A stretch of DNA of 51,539 bases from Verrucomicrobiota bacterium (GTDB lineage: Bacteria; Verrucomicrobiota; Verrucomicrobiia; Limisphaerales; AV2), in assembly GCA_003218515.1 (NCBI GenBank), contig QHNT01000205.1, positions 1 through 51,539 of the forward strand, written 5' to 3'. Below, in pieces: positions 31,845 through 38,897 of the stretch. The translations under genes were made by a program, and so were the position numbers. The stretch's first letter is position 1; each line of letters starts with the position of its first letter. A model generated the notes under the pieces. It was not told the DNA's origin and did no database searches. It saw nothing but the letters and a program-made list of their open reading frames with translations.

Positions 31845-33247
31845 ACCACCACAGCACAAGCTCCAAACCCCAGAGAAGCGCCACTGTGCAAACGACAAGA
31901 ACCTTGAGCGCGCGATGTCGTTTTGGTTTTTGTCGTTTTGTGCTTGGGGTTTCTCTGGGGTTTGGAGTTTGGAGTTTGGGATTTCGTGCTGGAGCGCAGC
32001 CTACGACCGGAACTTATCCAATTGATCTGCCGACCGCGTTGCGTCTCGCCGGAGCGCAGAATCTTGACATCCAGATCGCGCGCGAACGACTGGCTGAAGC
32101 CGAGGCCAATCACGCCAACGCGGTCGCTCAGTTCTTCCCCTGGCTTGCGCCCGGAGCCGTATATCGGCGGCACGAAAATCGGATTCAAGCCGTGGACGGC
32201 TCCGTCTTTGATGCCGATAAACAATCCTACACGGTAGGCGGCGCGGTCACAGCGCAGATGGACCTCGGCGATGCGATTTACAAATCACTCGCCGCGAAAC
32301 AACTGGTCAAAGCCGCGGATCACGCCCTCGCCGCGCAGCGACAGGATGCCACGCTCGCGGCGGCGCAGGAATACTTTGAACTGGCTTTCGCCCAGGCGTC
32401 TGTGGACGTGGCGACGGAGGCCGTTAGAATTTCCAGCGATTACGAGACGCAAGTGGAACGCGCCGTCGAAGCTGGCATCGCGTTCAAAGGCGATCAGCTT
32501 CGGGTCCGCGTGCAGACGCAGCGGGATCAACTCGCGCGGCGGCAGGCCGCGGAACTGCAACGCGTTGTCGCAGCCCGACTGGCGCAGACACTCCACCTCG
32601 ATCCGATAGTGGAACTGGCCGCCAGTGAGGCGAAGCTCGTGCCGCTTTCGCTCATGACGACGAACATGACACTGGACGCGTTGGTAGGTGAAGCGCTGGC
32701 ATCGCGTCCGGAACTCAAGCAGAGCCACTCTCTGGTAACCGCTGCCCGCGAAGCGAAGAACGGCTCTGTTTATGGGCCGCTCGTCCCTTCGCTCGGCGCG
32801 CAGGCGTTCGTCGGCGGGTTGGGTGGCGGGAAGAACAGTGACACCGGCAATTTCGGCGAGCAGGAGGATTACTTCATCGGACTTGGGTGGCGGATCGGGC
32901 CGGGCGGTTTGTTTGACTTAAGCCGGAAGCGGGCGGCCGAATCTCGTCTGCAAGGAACCAGGTTGACTGAGCAAAAATTGCGGGATGAAATCAGCCGTCA
33001 GGTCGTCGAAGCCTTCGCTCGGTTGCAGTCTTCAGCCGACCAGATCGACACCGCCAAACGGGCGCTCACCGCCGCAGAAGAAGCATTGAACCTGGCGCAG
33101 ACGCGGAAGGAGTTCGCCGTCGGTGTTGTCCTTGAAACTATTCAGGCCGAGCAGGACCTTACCCGCGCCCGGCTGGACTATTTAAAGGCCGTGACCGAAT
33201 TCAACAAGGCGCAATACGCGGTCAACAAAGCCATCGGAAAACTTTAA
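31841..33247 (+). CDS. TolC-family outer membrane efflux protein
   Basis: Two OEP repeats (LPTALRLAGAQNLDIQIARERLAEAEA...; LDALVGEALASRPELKQ...). ATGA overlap with the adaptor gene. The first ~45 codons lie in a palindromic repeat. Confidence 0.85.
   Translation: MNHHSTSSKPQRSATVQTTRTLSARCRFGFCRFVLGVSLGFGVWSLGFRAGAQPTTGTYPIDLPTALRLAGAQNLDIQIARERLAEAEANHANAVAQFFPWLAPGAVYRRHENRIQAVDGSVFDADKQSYTVGGAVTAQMDLGDAIYKSLAAKQLVKAADHALAAQRQDATLAAAQEYFELAFAQASVDVATEAVRISSDYETQVERAVEAGIAFKGDQLRVRVQTQRDQLARRQAAELQRVVAARLAQTLHLDPIVELAASEAKLVPLSLMTTNMTLDALVGEALASRPELKQSHSLVTAAREAKNGSVYGPLVPSLGAQAFVGGLGGGKNSDTGNFGEQEDYFIGLGWRIGPGGLFDLSRKRAAESRLQGTRLTEQKLRDEISRQVVEAFARLQSSADQIDTAKRALTAAEEALNLAQTRKEFAVGVVLETIQAEQDLTRARLDYLKAVTEFNKAQYAVNKAIGKL
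31863..31965. repeat. ~100-bp imperfect palindrome forming the TolC-gene 5' end
   Basis: ccaaaccccagagaa (31863-31877) is the exact reverse complement of ttctctggggtttgg (31951-31965). The inner pair is caaacgacaa / ttgtcgttttg. It is followed by ggagttt heptamers. Confidence 0.65.
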
Positions 33248-33291
33248 TCATCTGAAGCGGTGTCAAACGTCGCGGTCGGAATCCTCCTCAA

Positions 33292-33375
33292 CCACCCTCC
33301 GGGCATCTTCTCCCCCACTGGGGGAGAAGGACGAGATGAGGGGGGGTACGGTTCATGGGAAGCCTCGGCCCTCCA
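33292..33375. repeat. intergenic copy of the GGTTCATGG-box palindromic element
   Basis: ccaccctcc..., the perfect palindrome cttctccccca-c-tgggggagaag (33307-33329), then gagggggggtacggttcatggga. The layout is the same as the element inside shc at 3112-3212. Confidence 0.6.
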
Positions 33376-33492
33376 AACTGTACCACTACCCCCCCAACTT
33401 GTCCTGCTTGCTTTTGTACCTCCACGCGGGCAGGATTACTGCTCCGTGGTGGAGCAACGAAGCGAACGACGGCCCGGGAGACAGGACGGCCA

Positions 33493-33570
33493 ATGAAAGA
33501 TGCTCTGAGCATTCCGGTTCTCGAAGACAACGACAACGATGTTGAGCTCGTCCGTCGCTGCCTGAGCACC
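33493..33570 (+). pseudogene. possible receiver-domain N-terminal remnant
   Basis: MKDALSIPVLEDNDNDVELVRRCL resembles the first strand and helix of a CheY-like receiver. No receiver features follow. Confidence 0.25.
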
Positions 33571-33833
33571 AACTACGTAAAATTTCGTAGCCAGAATACG
33601 CAGGCGCGCGAATGGCGTCTCGAGCTGGAAAAGGGTAAAAGGACGCTCATGTATGCCCGTCGTCAGCCCTCCTCTCGAGTCACCGCCCCCGGACGGAGTG
33701 GAAAGAAAAGAGCTGCTTCACTGAATTTGTCGCGAGGAACTCCCGGTTTTGCCGCACAGCGAACTGGCCAATGTGCCTCGAGGAATTCGATGCAACCGTC
33801 ACAGCGGCCAAACGCACCGGCAAGCGAGTTCAG

Positions 33834-34889
33834 ATGAACCCGATCTCAATATTGATCGTGGAAGGCAACCCGAGCTTTTTGCGAGTTGAGACCTTCTTTT
33901 TTCAGAAGCAATGCCGACCGGAAACCGTTATAGTAGGGACGGCCGTTCGCGGCGAGGAAGCGCTGGTCCTGGCAAAGGCTCTGCAGCCCGCGGTCATCCT
34001 GTTTGACCTTTCGGTTGGCGGATGCGGCGGGCCGGCGATGATTGCGCGGCTGAAGAAGGCCCTGCCGGACACGGTGATTGTTGCGCGGAGCCTATGGGAA
34101 GAAGCCATCGACCGCGAGGCGCTCCTGGCCGCAGGGGTCGATGATTTTGTGTCGAGATTTGCTTCGCCGGCCGAATTGTTGCCGGTAATACGGCGCGCAT
34201 GCGAAAACCGCACGAACCGACGAGCGCAGGAGTTCGCCGCGGCACTCCAACCCTTAAAGCACCGAACCTTACAGGACCCGCTTATGAGAAAGAAGCATGG
34301 AAAACCGATCACCATACTGATGGCTGAGGACGAGGCGACAGACTGCCTGCTCGTGAAAACGGCGGTCGAAAAGGCCCATCTGCACAACGACTTGCGCTTC
34401 GTGCAAAACGGCGTGGAGCTGATGGATTACCTGTATCGGCGCGGCAAATACTCGAAAGCGTCCGACGCGCCGCGCCCTGGCCTGATTCTCCTGGATTTGA
34501 ACATGCCGCGCAAGGATGGCCGTGAAGCGCTGGCGGAAATCAAAGCCGACGCCGAATTACGAAATATCCCCGTTGTCGTCCTGACGGTGTCCAAGACCGG
34601 CGAGGATTTTTGGCGCGCACGCAACCTGGGGGCGGACATGTATCTGATCAAGCCGGTGACATTTGAAACGCTCGTGAACCAAGGTGCCGCCACTGGCACC
34701 AGGGTCGCGGACATCGCCGATCCGTGCTGTTGGGTTAACGCTCGCGCAGTCGTCAAGCGTCGTTTGTTTGCGCCACACTTCGAACTCATCGCGCCGATGA
34801 GGATGATCTGCGGCGTCGCTGGTCGGTCAGAACTCAACCTGAAAAAATATGAACCGCAAATTCATCCTGCTGGTAGAAGACAATCCTGA
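33834..34889 (+). CDS. tandem receiver protein: degenerate (pseudo-)receiver + canonical CheY-like receiver
   Basis: Domain 1 is ILIVEGNPSFL...VILFDLSV...DDFVSRF: the acidic pair is replaced by EG and the conserved K by R. Domain 2 is ILMAEDEATD...LILLDLNMPRKDG...VVVLTVS...YLIKPV. The ~65-aa tail overlaps the next gene and is of doubtful authenticity. Confidence 0.65.
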   Translation: MNPISILIVEGNPSFLRVETFFFQKQCRPETVIVGTAVRGEEALVLAKALQPAVILFDLSVGGCGGPAMIARLKKALPDTVIVARSLWEEAIDREALLAAGVDDFVSRFASPAELLPVIRRACENRTNRRAQEFAAALQPLKHRTLQDPLMRKKHGKPITILMAEDEATDCLLVKTAVEKAHLHNDLRFVQNGVELMDYLYRRGKYSKASDAPRPGLILLDLNMPRKDGREALAEIKADAELRNIPVVVLTVSKTGEDFWRARNLGADMYLIKPVTFETLVNQGAATGTRVADIADPCCWVNARAVVKRRLFAPHFELIAPMRMICGVAGRSELNLKKYEPQIHPAGRRQS

Positions 34890-35367
34890 TGATGAACTCC
34901 TCATCGTGCGTGCCTTGAGGAAGAATCAGATCTGGAATGATGTGGAAGTGGTGCGTGACGGAGTGGCGGCGCTGGACTTTCTGTTCGCCACCGGCCCGTG
35001 CTGCGGGCGGGACCCGAGCGACCTGCCGGCCGTGGTATTGCTCGACTTAAGGCTGCCGCGGATGCACGGCTTTCAGGTGTTGCGACGTATTCGCGCTGAC
35101 ACCCGCACACAGGACTTGCCGGTGATCATTATCACCGCCTCCTGGGAAGTGGAGGACATCCTGAGTGGCTACAGCTTGCGGGCCGACGGTTATGCGTGCA
35201 AGACGGCAAGCTTTAGCAAATTCGTGAATGCGCTGGGCCATCTCGGACTGGAGGGACTGCTCGCTGACGAACCAAGTCCAGCCAAGGTAAAGGCGTTGAG
35301 AAAAGCGCATCAGGAATTCTCCGGCGAGGAACCCAGTGAGCCAATCCACCTGGGGATGAATGACTGA
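34849..35367 (+). CDS. single-domain response regulator (CheY-like)
   Basis: ILLVEDNPDDELL...VVLLDLRLPRMHG...VIIITAS... Confidence 0.8.
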   Translation: MNRKFILLVEDNPDDELLIVRALRKNQIWNDVEVVRDGVAALDFLFATGPCCGRDPSDLPAVVLLDLRLPRMHGFQVLRRIRADTRTQDLPVIIITASWEVEDILSGYSLRADGYACKTASFSKFVNALGHLGLEGLLADEPSPAKVKALRKAHQEFSGEEPSEPIHLGMND

Positions 35368-35588
35368 ACCGCGGCGGATTTCTGACCAACGGAAAGGCTG
35401 CGGACGGCGCATCGCCGGGGGCTGCCTTGTTCTTCGGGACACCAACCGACTGACCGGCGCGTGGAATCACCGGTCCCTTCGACGTTCGGCAGGGGACCCT
35501 AGGCACCGCCGTTTCCGGCCGCCTGTCTCCCAGGTTTTCCGGGCCTCTTTCGTTTCCGGGGGTTCAAGGCCGCGGCAGCGCTTCGGCG

Positions 35589-36542
35589 ATGACGATTCAA
35601 CCAACCAATCTGGACGATTTGAGGAAGATTCTGGCGGACGCCAGCGCACGCGGCGAAAAGGTCGGCGCGATCAATGTGTGCGCGCTTGACCGCGTGGTGG
35701 ATCACTCGCCGGAAGATCTGACCGTAACGGTGGAAGCGGGCGTCGCGTTGGCGACGCTGCAAGCGCAACTCGCGCAGCGTGGCCAGTGGCTCCCCATCGA
35801 CCCGCCTCGGCCGGACAGCCTGACTATTGGAGCATTGCTTGCAACCAACGCCAGCGGGCCCCGACGATTCGGTTGCGGCACGGTTCGCGATTACCTGATC
35901 GGCATCAAGGTCGCCCTGACGGACGGGCGCCTCATCAAATCCGGCGGCAAAGTGGTGAAAAACGTTGCGGGCTACGATCTCGGCAAATTGTTTGTCGGCA
36001 GCCGCGGCAGTTTGGGAGTGATTGTTGAGGCGACGTTCAAGCTCCGGCCGGTCCCAGAGGTCGAACAGTTTGTTCAGGCGCACTGTGGGTCATTGGAAAA
36101 CGCCGGGATGTTACTCGAAGGTGTGGTCGCAGCGGATGTGACGCCGGTCGTACTGGACCTCCACAACCTGCGCTTGAATCTCCCCCAGCGACCCGCGGCT
36201 TTCTCTCTCGTCCTCGGCTTCGCGGGCACGCGCGAGGAAGTAGAATGGCAACTGGGCGGCGCGGATGAACTCGGATTCAAGGAACCGGCGAGCCTCGATT
36301 ATGAAAAAGATTTTTGGAACGGCGAACTCCCTTCGCCGCATCGAGTTTCAGTTCTGCCGTCTCGCCTCATCGAAACCATCCGCGGTCTGCGCAACGCTCC
36401 TTTCGTCGCCCGCGCCGGCAACGGCGTGATCTACTGGCGCGGCGAAGCGATTCCGCCGAAAGACGGGCGGCCAATCGAATTGACCCGACGGGTGAAGGCC
36501 GCCTTTGACCCAAAACACATCTTGCCGGAGCTGCCTCCGTGA
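35589..36542 (+). CDS. glcE: glycolate oxidase FAD-binding subunit GlcE-like
   Basis: FAD_binding_4 (PCMH) features (GGKVVKNVAGYDLGKLFVGSRGSLGVI). 4-nt overlap with the downstream glcF. Confidence 0.75.
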   Translation: MTIQPTNLDDLRKILADASARGEKVGAINVCALDRVVDHSPEDLTVTVEAGVALATLQAQLAQRGQWLPIDPPRPDSLTIGALLATNASGPRRFGCGTVRDYLIGIKVALTDGRLIKSGGKVVKNVAGYDLGKLFVGSRGSLGVIVEATFKLRPVPEVEQFVQAHCGSLENAGMLLEGVVAADVTPVVLDLHNLRLNLPQRPAAFSLVLGFAGTREEVEWQLGGADELGFKEPASLDYEKDFWNGELPSPHRVSVLPSRLIETIRGLRNAPFVARAGNGVIYWRGEAIPPKDGRPIELTRRVKAAFDPKHILPELPP

Positions 36543-37858
36543 ACGCCTCCGAATCCGCCGTCCGTCCGCCCGGCACCCGCGGCCCCGTCGAACGTTTCCT
36601 GGACTACGACCAATCGCTCGCCTGCATCCATTGCGGACTCTGTCTGGCGTCCTGCCCGACTTATCTGGAGACCGGCAACGAAAACGATTCTCCGCGCGGA
36701 CGCATTTACCTCATGCGCGCGGTTCAGGACGGTCGGCTGCCACTGGGCGACACCGCTGTGCGGCATATCGATCTCTGTCTTGGTTGCCGCGCCTGCGAAG
36801 CGGTTTGCCCCAGCGGCGTGCCGTACGGCGAACTGCTCGAGCACACGCGCGACCATATTGAAAAACATTATCGGCGTTCGACCTTCCAAAACTTTCTGCG
36901 GCGCGTGGCGATTGAAAAAGTCTTTCCGTTTCCACGGCGAATGAAGCTGGCGCTGCTGCCGGTGAAGGTTCTGCGCGCGTTGCGGGCGGAGAAACTGCTG
37001 CCGCGATTCGCGCGGGATGCTTTGTCCCTTGTTCCCGACGAGGCAACGCAAGTTGAGTTGCCCGAGTTTTCGCAGGCACCAGCGTCCAGTCGCGGCCGTG
37101 TCGGCTTTGTCAGCGGGTGCGTCATGAGCGTGCTGTTCGGCGAAACCAACGCCAACAGCGTTCGCTTGCTCAATCGCGTCGGTTGGGAGGTGGTGACGCC
37201 GCGGGCGCAAGTCTGTTGCGGCGCGCTTTACGCTCACGGCGGCAATCTCGCATGCGCCCGCGACTGTGCGCGGCGCAACATTGAAGTCTTCGAGCGGCAC
37301 GATCTGGACGCCATCATCATCAACGCCGCCGGTTGCGGCTCCACGCTCAAGGAATATGGCGTGTTGCTGCGAGACGACCCGACCTGGGCGGACCGCGGAA
37401 GAAAATTCAGCGCCAAGATCAAAGACCTCACGGAATGGCTGGTGCAAGCCGGGTTCCGAGTTCCGAGTTCCGAGTTCCGAGTTGGGACAGACTCCGCACT
37501 CCGCACTCCACACTCCGCGCCTAAGGTCACCTATCACGACGCCTGTCATCTCGCGCACCCGCAGCGCATCATCAAACAGCCGCGCGACCTCGTGAGGGCT
37601 GTCGCGGGAAACAATTATGTCGAGTTGGCCGAATCGGATGTCTGCTGTGGCAGCGCGGGCAGCTACAATCTCACCGAACCGGAAATGGCCGAACGATTGC
37701 AGCGGCGAAAGGTTGAAAATATTTTGAAGACCGGCGCGCAGATCATCGTGACCACGAATCCCGGTTGCATCCTGCAAGTTCGAGCGGGGTTGAAGAAAGC
37801 GGGCGCGAACATCGAGGTGCTGCACATCGCGGATTTCCTGGCGCGGGCGCTCGACTGA
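36539..37858 (+). CDS. glcF: glycolate oxidase iron-sulfur subunit GlcF-like ((Fe-S)-binding protein with two CCG domains)
   Basis: Two 4Fe-4S motifs (CIHCGLCLASCP, CLGCRACEAVCP) and two cysteine-rich CCG regions (CCGALYAHGG; CCGSAGSYN). It contains a heptamer-repeat insertion. Confidence 0.85.
   Translation: MNASESAVRPPGTRGPVERFLDYDQSLACIHCGLCLASCPTYLETGNENDSPRGRIYLMRAVQDGRLPLGDTAVRHIDLCLGCRACEAVCPSGVPYGELLEHTRDHIEKHYRRSTFQNFLRRVAIEKVFPFPRRMKLALLPVKVLRALRAEKLLPRFARDALSLVPDEATQVELPEFSQAPASSRGRVGFVSGCVMSVLFGETNANSVRLLNRVGWEVVTPRAQVCCGALYAHGGNLACARDCARRNIEVFERHDLDAIIINAAGCGSTLKEYGVLLRDDPTWADRGRKFSAKIKDLTEWLVQAGFRVPSSEFRVGTDSALRTPHSAPKVTYHDACHLAHPQRIIKQPRDLVRAVAGNNYVELAESDVCCGSAGSYNLTEPEMAERLQRRKVENILKTGAQIIVTTNPGCILQVRAGLKKAGANIEVLHIADFLARALD
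37453..37518. repeat. two tandem heptamer tracts (gttccga x4, actccgc x4) in frame inside glcF
   Basis: Read directly: gttccga repeated from 37453 and actccgc/actccac repeated 37491-37518. Together they encode GFRVPSSEFRVGTDSALRTPHSAP between the two CCG domains. Confidence 0.7.
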
Positions 37859-37915
37859 AACGCTACTCGGCAAGGGCGGCTCGAAATTCGCTGCGCCGGG
37901 TTGGAACTCAACGGA

Positions 37916-38730
37916 TTACGGCTTGCGCAATCGGAAGAAACGTCCTTGTTGGTCAAATGGGGCAGTCAGTTCCAAGCGTCCGCTGTTAGTGGTCGGCATT
38001 TCGATGACGCGCTGCCAGTTCGTCGAGGAAACGTTCGTAGTGGATTCGAGAACGAACCCGGCGGACGGCAGCGGCCAGGAAAGAGTGAGATTGGAATTGC
38101 TGCGTGCAACGCCGAGGCGAAGGCCTGCGGAGGTGCCGGTGTTCAACAGGTTGCGCCTGCCTGGAATGTGCCGTCTCCTTTGCTCAACAGCACCGACACG
38201 CTCCCGGGGCTACCCAAATGAGCTATGGCCAGGTCGAGCTTGCCGTCGTTGTTGAAATCCCCCACCGCCACGGAAAACGGATTCGTTCCCTCGTCATAGT
38301 TGATGGCGCGCTGGAATGTGCCATCGCCATTGCCTAACAGCACCGAGACACTGCTGTTGGTCATCTCGTCCGTGCTTTGATCGTACCTGCCCATGTTGGC
38401 CACCGTGAGGTCGAGCTTGCCGTCGCCGTTAAAATCACCCACGGCCACGAATTGAGGTCCGCTTCCTGCGTCGTAGCCGACGGGGGCGCGGAACGTGCCG
38501 TCGCCTCTTCCCAACAACACCGACACATTGTCGGAGCCAGAGTTCGCAATGGCCACGTCAAGCTTGCCGTCGCTGTTGAAGTCGCTCACTGCCACGAAAA
38601 CGGGATTCGTTCCCGCGCTGGAGTTGCTTCCCGCCTGAAAGGTGCCATCGCCGTTGCCCAACAGCATCGAGACTCTGCCGTCAGCATACGCCACGATCAG
38701 GTCCGGTTTGCCGTCGCCGTTAAGATCTCC
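37916..38730 (-). pseudogene. FG-GAP/VCBS repeat protein fragment D (no start or signal peptide, frameshifted before its C-terminal module)
   Basis: It begins mid-repeat (GDLNGDGKPDLIV...) directly after an upstream stop and has about 4 FG-GAP units. It hits a stop at 38143. The C-terminal module (LLNTGTSAGLRLGVARSNSNLTLSWPLP...RFFRLRKP) continues in another frame. Confidence 0.7.
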
Positions 38731-38750
38731 CTTTGATTGGTGACGCCGGC

Positions 38751-38897
38751 CTACGGCTTGCGCAAGCGGAAGAAGCGTTGTTGCTGATTGAACGGCGCCG
38801 TGATCTCGAAGCGAGCATTGTTGGTCGTCGGCGCCTCGACAGCGCGTTGCCAGTTCGTCGAGCCAACGCTGGTCGTGGATTCAAGAGCGAAAACGCC
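38751..38897 (-). pseudogene. isolated 48-codon C-terminal-module fragment
   Basis: GVFALESTTSVGSTNWQRAVEAPTTNNARFEITAPFNQQQRFFRLRKP* follows the TAA of the 1630-aa gene directly and in the same frame. It is homologous to the last two thirds of the C-terminal modules of units A', B and D. Confidence 0.65.

Noticed and set aside
33355-33837. 160-aa ORF spanning the REP element and the receiver stub
   Set aside because: The N-terminal part is translated repeat DNA, and only ~25 residues resemble a receiver. It is not a credible intact gene.
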